Part shown: positions 17,388-26,836 of the stretch, piece after piece | How positions within the stretch are numbered: position 1 is the first letter of the stretch | Layout: every line of letters starts with the position of its first letter | Source: Acidobacteriota bacterium | GTDB lineage: Bacteria > Acidobacteriota > Thermoanaerobaculia > Multivoradales > J023 | Assembly: GCA_038530905.1 (NCBI GenBank) | Contig: JBCBCF010000001.1 | Location: 1-47,961 of the forward strand | Reading direction: 5' to 3' | DNA length: 47,961 bases | Notes under the pieces: generated by a model | Databases searched by the model: none | What the model saw: the letters and a program-made list of their open reading frames with translations, nothing else | Told to the model about the DNA's origin: nothing | Translations under genes and position numbers: made by a program

Positions 17388-19856
17388 TCAATCCCAGGCC
17401 GACGTGTTGCCGCTCTCGAACCCGTTCTCGAAAATCAACCCTTCGACGAAGCTGCCGTCGAAGGCGATCGTCCGCTGGACCGCGCCCTGCTCGGTGAGGA
17501 GGAACAGCCGGTAGGCGGTCGACAGGCTGGGCGGGTTGACTGTCGTTTGGCCGGTGGCGCTCTGCGGCGGATTCGAGGCATCGCGATCGATCGAGACGCC
17601 GAGAAAGCTTCCGGCCGTGAGGCTCCAGGAGAGCGTCGTCGCCTGCCCCGGCGACGGATCCGTCGGATCAGCGTCGAAGCTCCCCTCCGGATCGGGAGCG
17701 GCACTCACCGTGTCCTGGACCTGCTGGCTGTCGACCTCGAGCGTGTGCGGACCCACGCCGACCTCTTCGACACCAAAGTTGCCGGTCACCGAACCGTCGT
17801 CGAACGTCGCCTGCGCGGCGCCGGTCCAGGCAAAGCCGATCGGCGTGTCGGAGTCGACCGCGTCGCCCACCGCGCCGTCGGCCAGGACCCGCGGCGGAGC
17901 GGCGAGGATGTCGGCGAGGGTCGGCGCCGAGCCGAGAAGGGCGTTGCCGGACCCTTTGTCCGAGTTGGCAGCCCCGGATCGCACCACGACCAGCCCGTTC
18001 AGGCCGGCCGGCGTCTGAAGACTGCCGTCGATCTCGTTGAAGAAGACGTTGTCGTCCGCGCGACCGGTGAAGAAGTCGTTGTTCTGGAAGACCATCGAGT
18101 TGATCGGTCCGTTCTGATAATCACGCTCGAAAATCTCGACCTTGTTGTGCTCGGAGAACGTCGAGTTCGTGATCATGCCGCTGGTCTCCAGGCCAAAGCC
18201 GAGATCCTGGTTGGCGAAGATCACCGCTCCGTTGTTGCCGGTGATCAACTCGTTCTCGTAAAAGCGGCTGTTCGACACGTTGACCTCCGAGCCCGAGATC
18301 AACATCACGCCACCTCGGCTCTGCGCGCGATTGGCGGCGAAGACCGAGCCGACGATGTCGGCCGTCGAATCGAGGAGGAAGCGCATCGCACCGCCGTTGG
18401 CGACATCGAATCGCGCCTCGTTGCCGATGAACAACGAGTCCCTCAGGTTGAGGTCGACATGGACCATCTCCATGGCCCCGCCGGAGCCGTTGACGTCCCC
18501 CACCTCCTGTTCGACGTCGCACTCGGCGAAGAGAGTGCTGAAGACATCGATCGGCACTCGATTCTCCGCCGAGGTTCCGATGGGCGGAACGCCGTTGCGC
18601 CCGAACGTGCGATTGCCGTCACCTTCGGCGAAGAGACAGCCTCCCTGGCGCGCTGAGAATCCAATGTCGCGCCCGCGCAGCGACGAATCCTCGATTCTCA
18701 GGGAAGACGACGGGCGGTTGATGCCGACGTCGTCGTCGCCTGGCGTATTGGAGTCGTTCGAGTTCGAGAAGATCCCGCCGCCGAGACCACCACGACCTCC
18801 GGCGTCCACCTCTACCGCGTTGCCCTCGAACTCCGAGTCGTAGATCTCCAGCTGCGAGCGGTACTGACTGACCGCACCGCCGTTGGTCGCCTCGTTATCG
18901 AAGAAGCGGGAACCATAAATCTCGATCTTGGCCTGGTTCTCGCTGTGGATCCCACCTCCGACCGCCGGAAAATCACACGTCACGCCGCTGGCCGAGCGCG
19001 CGACATTGCCGATGAAGGTCGAGTTGGCGACGCGCCCGGTGCTGCGCGGCACGTCGGTCGGCGTCTGCCAGGGCGAGAGCAGAAAGATCCCACCGCCGAC
19101 GCAGCCCGAGGAGTTCGACACGAAGCGGCTCTCGGACACATCGAGCGTCGCGTTGGTCGCGTGGATGGCACCCCCGGCGGCCGACGTGCGATGGCCGCTG
19201 ACGGCCGTCGTGTTGCGATCGAAGGTCGTGCGATGAACGAAGGCCGACGCGTCGCCGACGCGCAGGCCGCCGCCCTCGTTCTGCGAGCTATTGCCCTCGA
19301 AGAGACTGTCGAAAAGGTGAACGATCGAACCGTTGAAGGCGAAGAGGCCGCCGCCGCCGGTACTGGAGGCACGCGTCGCGTTGTCGCGGAACTCGCAGTC
19401 GACGAAGGTCATGCGGCCGCCGGCCAGCGTCACGCCGCCACCGCGCGCGCCGGTCGTGTTGAACCCGTCGACGAAGTCGATGTTCTGGAAGACGATCGAG
19501 GCGTCGCTCGGCGTGCCCTGATTGAGATAGACGAGCACGCGGCGCGCTCCCTCTCCGGTAAGCGTGACGGTCGAACCGTCGACCGCACGCACCGTGAAGC
19601 TCTTGGAGAAGTCGGTGATCGTGAAGCCACCGCCCGGCGACGCGTACGTTCCGCCCGCAACCTCGATCACGCCACCGTCGTCTACGAGCGAGAATGCCGT
19701 TTGCAGCGTCGCGTCGCCAGGCACTTCGACAAACTCGTCGGCGGCCGCCGGGGCTGCCAGCAGGGCGAAGCACAGAAAAGCGCGCTGCCAGGCGGCAAAC
19801 TTTGTCGGCTGACGGCCCTCCAAGGGACGCGACGCCAAGAGGCGAACATGGGCCAT
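17388..19856 (-). CDS. Secreted right-handed beta-helix repeat protein (Pmp-like GGxI/FxxN repeats), ~820 aa
   Basis: Signal peptide (AFLCFALLAAPAAADEF). There are many repeats of the type GGGLFAF..S.FEGN, GGAIHATN..S.F.SN, GGGIFLL, F.DNEATNGGAV and F.ANRA..RGGV. The ATG at 19856 has AGGAGA upstream. No beta-barrel or recognised anchor is present. The protein ends FENGFESGNTSAWD. Confidence 0.8.
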   Translation of the reverse strand: MAHVRLLASRPLEGRQPTKFAAWQRAFLCFALLAAPAAADEFVEVPGDATLQTAFSLVDDGGVIEVAGGTYASPGGGFTITDFSKSFTVRAVDGSTVTLTGEGARRVLVYLNQGTPSDASIVFQNIDFVDGFNTTGARGGGVTLAGGRMTFVDCEFRDNATRASSTGGGGLFAFNGSIVHLFDSLFEGNSSQNEGGGLRVGDASAFVHRTTFDRNTTAVSGHRTSAAGGAIHATNATLDVSESRFVSNSSGCVGGGIFLLSPWQTPTDVPRSTGRVANSTFIGNVARSASGVTCDFPAVGGGIHSENQAKIEIYGSRFFDNEATNGGAVSQYRSQLEIYDSEFEGNAVEVDAGGRGGLGGGIFSNSNDSNTPGDDDVGINRPSSSLRIEDSSLRGRDIGFSARQGGCLFAEGDGNRTFGRNGVPPIGTSAENRVPIDVFSTLFAECDVEQEVGDVNGSGGAMEMVHVDLNLRDSLFIGNEARFDVANGGAMRFLLDSTADIVGSVFAANRAQSRGGVMLISGSEVNVSNSRFYENELITGNNGAVIFANQDLGFGLETSGMITNSTFSEHNKVEIFERDYQNGPINSMVFQNNDFFTGRADDNVFFNEIDGSLQTPAGLNGLVVVRSGAANSDKGSGNALLGSAPTLADILAAPPRVLADGAVGDAVDSDTPIGFAWTGAAQATFDDGSVTGNFGVEEVGVGPHTLEVDSQQVQDTVSAAPDPEGSFDADPTDPSPGQATTLSWSLTAGSFLGVSIDRDASNPPQSATGQTTVNPPSLSTAYRLFLLTEQGAVQRTIAFDGSFVEGLIFENGFESGNTSAWD

Positions 19857-20020
19857 GAGGTCAGATCTCCTATGGTTCAGCGAGGCAACGCTCGCGAATC
19901 GTCCGGGGCTCATTCCTGATGCAGCGAGCGTTCCACTTTCGACGACGGCGCGTAGCCGTCGGCGGTTCACGACCGATTGAGCGGATCGCCTGACCGACGA
20001 TCGATCTCAACGAAGACATC

Positions 20021-21478
20021 TTAGAAATAGCCGAGTGCCTCCAGTCGGCGACGGGTTTCCGGCGCCAGCGGGCGACCTCCGGAGGCCTCGGTCCTCACCT
20101 CGAGAGCGCGCTCCGCCGCCTGGATCCGCAGCCGCTCCAGGCGGCCGAGGAGATGCGCCGTCAGCTCGGGACGCTGGCGCGCAACATCGAGCCGTTCGTC
20201 TGGATCAGTCCGGAGGTCGAAGAGGCGCGATCGACCGCTCTCGGGCACATGCACGAGCTTGTAGCGCGGCGTGCGCAACGAATACAGCCGACGTGCATAT
20301 TGCGAGAAGACGGCGCGCGAGCGCGGCAGCTCGGCGGCAGCCAAAAGGTCGCGGCCCTCCGGCTCGATCGCCGGCTCGACCCGCGCCGCGGCGTACAGGG
20401 TCGCCGTGAGATCGACGGTCGACACCGGTGCTTCTTCCACCTTCCCCGCCTCGACGCCCGGCCCGACCACGATCAGCGGCACGTGGAGCAGCTCGTCGAA
20501 GAGGGTGGCGGGATGCAGCACGCCGCGATGGTCACCCAGCTCTTCGCCGTGATCCGACGTCACGATGATCAGGGTTCGATGCAGAAAGCCCCGGCGCTCG
20601 AGATGTCCGAACAGGCGCTCGAGCGTCTCGTCGGCATGACGAATGCCGGCGTCGTAGAGCCGGCCGAGCCGATCCGCGATCGGGCCGTCCGGCTCGACCC
20701 GCGTCCATGTCAAGCGCTGCAGGGAGCGGGTGGTGCCGAGATGCGCCGAGCCGAGGGCGCCGAAAGCACGGCGCCACCGGCGCGGCGCCTCGTAGGGCGA
20801 GTGGATGTCGTAGGTGTGAAGAAAGACGAAGAGCGGACGACCGTGCCCCCGCTGGCGCTCGAGCTCGGCGAGTAGGCGCTGGCCTGCCCGCTGCAGGCTC
20901 AGGCTCTCGTGCCAGACGTCGAAGCCGCGATCGAAGCCGAAATCGCGCGACAGGAAGCCGCCGCCTGAAAAGCCGAGCGTGGCGTACCCGGCATCACGCA
21001 AGGCGGCGGGCACGATCGGGAGCTCCGGAGGTAGGCGATCGTCACGCCGGTCGCGCGGCCGCGGTCCGCGCTTCGCGCCATCGGCATACGGCATCGAAAC
21101 GCCGTGGGTCTCCTGATAGAGCCCGGTCCACAGGGTGGCGTGCGACGGCGGTGTGCCGTGCGTGTTGACGAAGGCGCGGGAGTAGCGCGTGCCCTGCCGC
21201 GCCAGCGCATCGAGAAACGGTGAAGTGTCGCGCGTGTGTCCGTAGCTGCCCAGGCGATCGGCGCGCAGCGCGTCGAGAGAGACGATGAGGACATTCGGCG
21301 GGGCGTCCGCCCGGCGAGCGCCGAGAGGCTCCGCGCCGGCGGGGCTGGGCCGCTCGGCGGAACCACAGGCGGTCAGGCTCAGCGTCAAATAGAGAGCCAG
21401 GCTGAGGATCGAGACCCAGCGCCCGACCACCGCCACCGCCGCCGACCGCGCGGCGAGCCGCGTCGCACCAGCGATCAT
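20021..21478 (-). CDS. Sulfatase-like hydrolase/transferase lipoprotein, paralog 3
   Basis: Lipobox (SLTAC). [29 protein letters not shown]. Nucleophile segment [26 protein letters not shown]. Ends LEALGYF. Confidence 0.82.
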   Translation of the reverse strand: MIAGATRLAARSAAVAVVGRWVSILSLALYLTLSLTACGSAERPSPAGAEPLGARRADAPPNVLIVSLDALRADRLGSYGHTRDTSPFLDALARQGTRYSRAFVNTHGTPPSHATLWTGLYQETHGVSMPYADGAKRGPRPRDRRDDRLPPELPIVPAALRDAGYATLGFSGGGFLSRDFGFDRGFDVWHESLSLQRAGQRLLAELERQRGHGRPLFVFLHTYDIHSPYEAPRRWRRAFGALGSAHLGTTRSLQRLTWTRVEPDGPIADRLGRLYDAGIRHADETLERLFGHLERRGFLHRTLIIVTSDHGEELGDHRGVLHPATLFDELLHVPLIVVGPGVEAGKVEEAPVSTVDLTATLYAAARVEPAIEPEGRDLLAAAELPRSRAVFSQYARRLYSLRTPRYKLVHVPESGRSRLFDLRTDPDERLDVARQRPELTAHLLGRLERLRIQAAERALEVRTEASGGRPLAPETRRRLEALGYF

Positions 21479-22560
21479 GCGGCGAGGGAGCGCATCGCCG
21501 CGAGCGCGCGATCGATGTCCTGCGCGCCGATGTCGCGATGGGTCACGAAGCGCAGGGCGTCGGCGGCGGTCGGAATCGCCAGGACGCCACGATCGGCCAG
21601 CGCCGTGACCACCCGATGCGCCTCTCCAGGTCCGTCGGCAGCCCCCGTCTCGCCGAAGAACGTCGCTTCGACCCGGCAGAGAACGATATTGGTCTCGACG
21701 GCGGTGGGATCGACGGCCAGACCGACAATCTCGGCCAGACCTTCAGCAAGCCGGCGGGCGTGACGATGATCGGCGCGCAGGCGCTCGGCGCCCTCCTCGA
21801 GCGCGACCAGCGCCGCCGCCGCCAGAACGCCGACCTGGCGCATGCCGCCCCCGAACATCTTGCGCAGGCGCCAGGCCTCGGTCATGGCGTCGCGTGAGCC
21901 CGCGAGCACCGAGCCAACCGGCGCACCTAGCCCTTTCGACAAGCAAACGCTGACCGTCGCGAAGCCCCGCGTGAGCTCCGCCGGTTCGACGCCGAGAGCC
22001 ACCGCGGCGTTCCACAGCCGCGCGCCGTCGAGATGCGCGGTCAGACCGCGCTCCGCGACCACGGCGAGGAGCGCGTCGAGTCGTTCGCGATCGTAGACCC
22101 GGCCGCCCGCCATATTGAAGGTGTTCTCGACCACCAGCACGCGCGCCGGCGCACGATACGGCGCCGGCGCAGGCAGCCGACGGCGCAAGAGCTCGGCGTC
22201 GAGCAGGCCGCCGGGCGCCGCAACCGTCCGCGCCTGCAGGCCGGAAAGAGCCGCCATGGCGCCCATCTCGTAGAGCACCACGTGGCTGTCGTCAGCGCAC
22301 CAGACCTCGCTCCCCGGCTCCGCGGCGAGATGCAGAGCGATTTGGTTGCCCATCGTTCCCGAAGGCACGAAGAGAGCAGCCTCCGTCCCGAGCTGCTCGG
22401 CAACCACGTCCTGCAGCCGACGGACCGTCGGATCTTCGCCAAAGACGTCGTCACCGACCTCGGCCTCGGCCATCGCTCGCCGCATGCGTGCATCCGGCCG
22501 CGTGACGGTGTCGGAGCGCAGGTCGACGGGCCGAGCATCGGCCGCCGCATCGGAAAGCAT
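21475..22560 (-). CDS. ltaE: Low-specificity L-threonine aldolase (PLP-dependent)
   Basis: [34 protein letters not shown] and [19 protein letters not shown] (PLP lysine). The ATG at 22560 is used; the upstream extension to 22797 is Arg/Ala/Pro-rich. It has an ATGA overlap with the sulfatase-like paralog 3 start. Confidence 0.88.
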   Translation of the reverse strand: MLSDAAADARPVDLRSDTVTRPDARMRRAMAEAEVGDDVFGEDPTVRRLQDVVAEQLGTEAALFVPSGTMGNQIALHLAAEPGSEVWCADDSHVVLYEMGAMAALSGLQARTVAAPGGLLDAELLRRRLPAPAPYRAPARVLVVENTFNMAGGRVYDRERLDALLAVVAERGLTAHLDGARLWNAAVALGVEPAELTRGFATVSVCLSKGLGAPVGSVLAGSRDAMTEAWRLRKMFGGGMRQVGVLAAAALVALEEGAERLRADHRHARRLAEGLAEIVGLAVDPTAVETNIVLCRVEATFFGETGAADGPGEAHRVVTALADRGVLAIPTAADALRFVTHRDIGAQDIDRALAAMRSLAA

Positions 22561-22562
22561 CG

Positions 22563-23561
22563 TCAGGAGGCCGGATCGAGCCGCAGCCACTCGTTGCGCA
22601 GCTCTTCGACACGCTGCGAGCGACCTTCGTCGAGCAGCTCGCGGACGATCTCGAGGCTCTCCGAGTCCAGCCAGCTCATCAGGTGGAGATTCTTCTCGCG
22701 GTGGAGCGCCCGCAGATCGCGCGACGAGCTTTCGACGCCCCGCGCCGCCCGCAGGAGACCTTGACCCTGGAGAGTCGAGCGGCCGCAGCGCAGCCAAAGC
22801 TCACCCGCGAGGGCCAAGGCCGCCGCCAGATCGCGCTGCGTCTGCCGACGCTCCGTGGCGCCGATGGCCGGCCGAGGCGGCAGCGGCTCAAGGCCGTGTT
22901 CATGAGCAGCGATGGCGAATTGGCGCTCCGACGGCGGCGTGCCGTGAAAGAGCGCGTCGAAGACATCCTCGCCACGACCTTCCGCGAGCTGGCGTCGCTC
23001 GCTGGAGTCCAGATTCGGGACAACGCAGTGCACCTGGTCGACACCGACCGCGCGCAGCATCTCGAAGGCTTCGTCGCGCAGGCCGGGATGATCGCTCAGT
23101 CCGGGAATCAGCGGCCACAGCGCGATGGCACCCGCCGGCGTCTCGGCAACGCGCTCGGACTCGCCGTCGAGCAGCACGCCGAGCAGGTCGCAGACGACGA
23201 CGGTGGCGCCTTCAGGCGGTGCCTCTCCGGGCCGCACCTGCACGAGGACCGGCGTGCCCGCGGCACTCAGCTCGGCGACCGCGGCATCGCGCGCCGCACG
23301 CAGATCCTCGCGGACGGGCGGCAGGTAAAGCAGATCGTCGAGTGCTGCCGGCTCGATGACGACCGGCGGCTCGGCAGCGACCCGGCGCGATCGGCTGAGG
23401 CGTCCCCGCCCCAGATCGACATAGGAGGCGTCGTGGTACCGCCAGGACCGAGGTACGTGCGCGATCCACAGGCGCGACGGCTCCGGGAGCTGCGGCACAA
23501 CCCGGGTTACCAGGACGCCGTCGCGCGACGCGGCGGTGGTCGACTCGCTCATCGCGAGCAC
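22563..23561 (-). CDS. Hypothetical protein, 332 aa (possibly a degenerate SplB/COG1533-like fold lacking the CxxxCxxC cluster motif)
   Basis: ORF with ordinary composition, packed between ribE and ltaE. The segment [32 protein letters not shown] resembles the PxIPGLND segment of COG1533 radical-SAM-type proteins. No Cys triad is present. The family call is tentative. Confidence 0.55.
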   Translation of the reverse strand: MLAMSESTTAASRDGVLVTRVVPQLPEPSRLWIAHVPRSWRYHDASYVDLGRGRLSRSRRVAAEPPVVIEPAALDDLLYLPPVREDLRAARDAAVAELSAAGTPVLVQVRPGEAPPEGATVVVCDLLGVLLDGESERVAETPAGAIALWPLIPGLSDHPGLRDEAFEMLRAVGVDQVHCVVPNLDSSERRQLAEGRGEDVFDALFHGTPPSERQFAIAAHEHGLEPLPPRPAIGATERRQTQRDLAAALALAGELWLRCGRSTLQGQGLLRAARGVESSSRDLRALHREKNLHLMSWLDSESLEIVRELLDEGRSQRVEELRNEWLRLDPAS

Positions 23562-23583
23562 CGAACGTCTCGTGCGCCTGCCG

Positions 23584-24204
23584 TCATGCGAGGCGTCCGG
23601 CGGCGTCGAGGGCTCGGCGCACGTATTTCGCCAGGATGTCGGCCTCGAAATGAACCCGCGATCCGACCTCGAGGCGATCGAGGGTGGTCACCTCGAGCGT
23701 GTGTGGGATCAGCGCCGTCCAGAAGCGGTCGTCGGCTAGTCGAGAGACCGTCAAGCTGACGCCGTCGAGCGTCACAGAGCCTTTCTCGACCACATAGGGC
23801 GCCCAGTCGGGCGGCAGCTCGAACGCGATCTCCCGATGCGTTCCCAGGTCCTCGCGCTCGACGACTGCCAGCACGCCGTCGACATGTCCCTGCACCCAAT
23901 GGCCGCCGAGCGCGTCGCCGCTGCGCAGGGCCGGTTCGAGATTGACTTCATCGCCTGCGCGACGATGTCCCAACTCGGTGCGCGCCAGCGTCTCCGGCGA
24001 CAGCTCGACGACGGACGCGCCGGACGTCGCCTCGATCAGCGTCAGGCAGACGCCGTCGACCGCCAGGCTCGAGCCAACCTCGAGGCGATCAGAGAGATCG
24101 GCACCATGCGCGAGGCGCAGACGGCGAGCGCCCGAGCCTTCCGCCCCGGCCGGTTGAGGGTCGGCGGTCAGCCGACCACGCTGGTGGACAAGTCCCGTAA
24201 ACAT
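23584..24204 (-). CDS. ribE: Riboflavin synthase (alpha chain)
   Basis: MFTGLV start and duplicated lumazine-binding repeats (SLAVDGVCLT / SVTLDGVSLT). The ATG at 24204 is used; the track ORF extends artificially to 24375. Confidence 0.9.
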   Translation of the reverse strand: MFTGLVHQRGRLTADPQPAGAEGSGARRLRLAHGADLSDRLEVGSSLAVDGVCLTLIEATSGASVVELSPETLARTELGHRRAGDEVNLEPALRSGDALGGHWVQGHVDGVLAVVEREDLGTHREIAFELPPDWAPYVVEKGSVTLDGVSLTVSRLADDRFWTALIPHTLEVTTLDRLEVGSRVHFEADILAKYVRRALDAAGRLA

Positions 24205-25286
24205 GACGATTCGAAAGCGGAGAGGATGAGGTCGGGGCCGCGACGGCGGGTTTCGAGCGAGGTCAGACGAGGCGCCGCGGCGAGTGGTTCGAAGCCGCGC
24301 CCGGCGAGCGGGCCGAGCGCCTGGCTGCCGCCGATCAGCACCGGAGCGCAGCACACCTCGACGCGATCGTAGCAACCAGACTCGACGAAAGCCGCCAGAA
24401 TGCTACCGCCGCCCTCGACCAGCAGGCTGCGAAGACCCCGTCGCCCGAGGTCGCTCAGGATCCTCGGCGGGTCGACGGTCGGCAGAATGACGACTTCGGC
24501 GCCGGCAGACTCGAGTGCTCGACGGCGCCCAGCATCGGCCGCTTGGGCAGCATACACCAGCACCGGTCCGTCGACTTGAAACAGTCGCGCCTCCGGCTGG
24601 AGGCGCAGGCGACGGTCCATCACCACCCGCACGATCGGGCCGTCGGCCTTCCCCAGCCGGCGATCGAGCCGCGGATCATCGGCGAGCGCCGTGCCGCTGC
24701 CGACCAAGATCGCGTCGTGCAGCTCGCGCAGCTCGAGCGCCCAGCGCCGGCCGGCCGGACTCGAGATCCACTGGGAATCGCCGGCGGCAGTGGCGATCTT
24801 GCCGTCGAGGCTGGTCGCCCACTTGAGCGTCACCCCCGGCCGACGTCGAACGACGGAGGTCAAGAACTTCCAGTTCAGCCGCACCGCCTCCTCGACTCTC
24901 AGCCCCTCGATCACCTCGACACCCGCCGCTCGGAGGCGCGAGAAGCCGCCGCCAGCAACGCGCGGATCGGGGTCGCGGTGGCAGGCGACAACCCGCGCGA
25001 TGCCGGCTTCGATCGTCGCCAGGGAGCAAGGTGGCGTGCGACCGTGGTGGTCGCACGGCTCGAGCGTCACATAGAGCGTGGCGCCGCGCGTGCGCTCGCC
25101 GGCGTCGCGGAACGCCTCGATCTCGGCGTGCGGACCGCCAACGCGCCGATGCCAGCCCTCGCCGACTACCTCACCGTCTCGCACGATGACCGCTCCGACC
25201 ATCGGGTTGGGCGACGTGCGAAAGCGCCCGCGCGCCGCCAGCTGAAGAGCGCGGCGCAGGTGCGCGAGATCGACGGCATCGCTCAA
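24168..25286 (-). CDS. ribD: Bifunctional riboflavin biosynthesis protein RibD (pyrimidine deaminase / uracil reductase)
   Basis: NPMVGAVIV, HAEIEAF and TLEPCDHHGRTPPC (deaminase zinc motif). The C-terminal reductase domain carries KWATSLDGKIA. Confidence 0.92.
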   Translation of the reverse strand: MSDAVDLAHLRRALQLAARGRFRTSPNPMVGAVIVRDGEVVGEGWHRRVGGPHAEIEAFRDAGERTRGATLYVTLEPCDHHGRTPPCSLATIEAGIARVVACHRDPDPRVAGGGFSRLRAAGVEVIEGLRVEEAVRLNWKFLTSVVRRRPGVTLKWATSLDGKIATAAGDSQWISSPAGRRWALELRELHDAILVGSGTALADDPRLDRRLGKADGPIVRVVMDRRLRLQPEARLFQVDGPVLVYAAQAADAGRRRALESAGAEVVILPTVDPPRILSDLGRRGLRSLLVEGGGSILAAFVESGCYDRVEVCCAPVLIGGSQALGPLAGRGFEPLAAAPRLTSLETRRRGPDLILSAFESSCLRDLSTSVVG

Positions 25287-25332
25287 TCGCTCGCGCCCGC
25301 AGGACGCGACGCCGAAGCGGGACGTCGCACGG

Positions 25333-26367
25333 TCACTGGAAGAGCGCCGACGCGAACTCGCGCGGCCGGAACTCGATCAAGTCATCGGGCTGCTCGCCGA
25401 CGCCGAGGAAGAGGATCGGCAGCCGCAGCTCGCTCGCCACCGCCACCGCCATGCCGCCTTTCGCCGTGCCGTCGAGCTTGGACAGCAACACGCCGTCGAC
25501 CTCGGCGACCTTCTTGAACTCGCGCGCCTGCTGCACCGCGTTGCTGCCGGTGGTGGCGTCGAGCACGAGCAGCGTGAAGATCGGCCAACCCTCCGCCTCG
25601 CGCTCGATGACGCGGCGGATCTTGTGCAGCTCCTTCATCAGGTGCTCTTTGTTGTGCAGGCGACCGGCGGTGTCGACGATCACCTGATCGGCCTTGCGCG
25701 CGCGCCCGGCCTGCAGCGCGTCGTAGACGACGGCGGCCGGGTCGCCGCCTGGATTCTGGCGGACGACGTCGACGTCGAGGCGCTCACCCCAAAGCGCGAG
25801 CTGATCGATGGCGGCGGCGCGGAAGGTATCGGCAGCCGCGAGCAGCACCTTCTCTCCCCGCTCCTGATGCCAGCGCGCCAGCTTGGCGATCGAGGTCGTC
25901 TTGCCCACGCCGTTGACGCCGACGACCAGCGTCACGACCGGCACGTCGAGGCCGCCGCCGAGGCTCGGGCGCGGCGCGTCGAGGAGCTTGATCGCCACCT
26001 CGTCGGCAAGGATCTGACGCAGGCGGAAGAGATCCCGCGTCTCGCCCGGCTTGATCTCCGCCTTCACCTTCTCGACCAGCTCGAGGGAGGTCTCGACCCC
26101 GAGATCGCTCGAGATCAGGCTCTCTTCGAGATACTCGAGCGTCTCGTCGTCGAGGACGGCGCGGCCCGAGACCGCCGCATCCATGCGCTCGATCATCTCG
26201 GTGTGGGTCATCAAGAGCCCACGCTTGAGCTTCTTCCAGAAGCCTTTCTTCTCCTGCTCGAAAGGGAACTCGGTCTCGGGCGCCAGATCGAAGTCGTCGA
26301 CGCCTGCCGAATGGGCCGCGTCGCCGTCCGCCCGAGGCGCATCGGTCGGTCGCTTGGAATCGGTCAT
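25333..26367 (-). CDS. ftsY: Signal recognition particle receptor FtsY
   Basis: Acidic N-terminal region, then NG domain motifs VVGVNGVGKTTSIAKLA, DTAGRLHNK and LSKLDGTAKGG. The start is either 26367 (MTDSK) or 26397. Confidence 0.92.
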   Translation of the reverse strand: MTDSKRPTDAPRADGDAAHSAGVDDFDLAPETEFPFEQEKKGFWKKLKRGLLMTHTEMIERMDAAVSGRAVLDDETLEYLEESLISSDLGVETSLELVEKVKAEIKPGETRDLFRLRQILADEVAIKLLDAPRPSLGGGLDVPVVTLVVGVNGVGKTTSIAKLARWHQERGEKVLLAAADTFRAAAIDQLALWGERLDVDVVRQNPGGDPAAVVYDALQAGRARKADQVIVDTAGRLHNKEHLMKELHKIRRVIEREAEGWPIFTLLVLDATTGSNAVQQAREFKKVAEVDGVLLSKLDGTAKGGMAVAVASELRLPILFLGVGEQPDDLIEFRPREFASALFQ

Positions 26368-26435
26368 GGACGAAAGGCTCCGAAGGGCGTTGGGCACCCG
26401 GTCGATCCCCGCGAGCGGGCGGATCGACCGCCGAG

Positions 26436-26801
26436 TCAGCTGAAGATTTCGCGGGTGATTTCGTCGCGTGCGTCCAGCAGCGTGGCGCGCGAGCGGGCCA
26501 CGAGCGCCGGGCGCTCCTGCACGAGCAGCAGATAGTAGCCATCGGGAAGAGGCGTGGCAAACAGATGGATCCGCTGCTTCTCGATATGCAGAACCTCGGT
26601 CTTGCCGAGGCTGTTGGCCGCCAGCATGCCCTCGACCTGGCGGAGATAGATGCCGACGTAGGCGCCGACGATCTTCATCTCGTACGGCGTGAAATCGGCC
26701 ACCGCGAGGTCGACGGTCTCGCCGGTCTCGTCGAGAAAGATGACGGCGAGCGCGCCGTCGTTGTTGGCGAGGAGATTGGCCAGGGTGTATTGAAACGGCA
26801 T
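26436..26801 (-). CDS. Roadblock/LC7 (MglB-like) domain protein, 121 aa
   Basis: Size and pattern fit (GALAVIFLDETGETV ... VLHIEKQRIHLFATPLPDGYYLLLV). The ATG at 26801 is used; the track ORF extension to 27152 overlaps the HD-GYP gene. Confidence 0.7.
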   Translation of the reverse strand: MPFQYTLANLLANNDGALAVIFLDETGETVDLAVADFTPYEMKIVGAYVGIYLRQVEGMLAANSLGKTEVLHIEKQRIHLFATPLPDGYYLLLVQERPALVARSRATLLDARDEITREIFS

Positions 26802-26836
26802 AGGGGCTCGGAGCGGACGTTGAGAGATCGAAGCGG

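Noticed and set aside
25287-25332. FMN riboswitch upstream of ribD
   Set aside because: Only 46 nt separate the ftsY stop from the ribD start, which is far too short for an RFN element.
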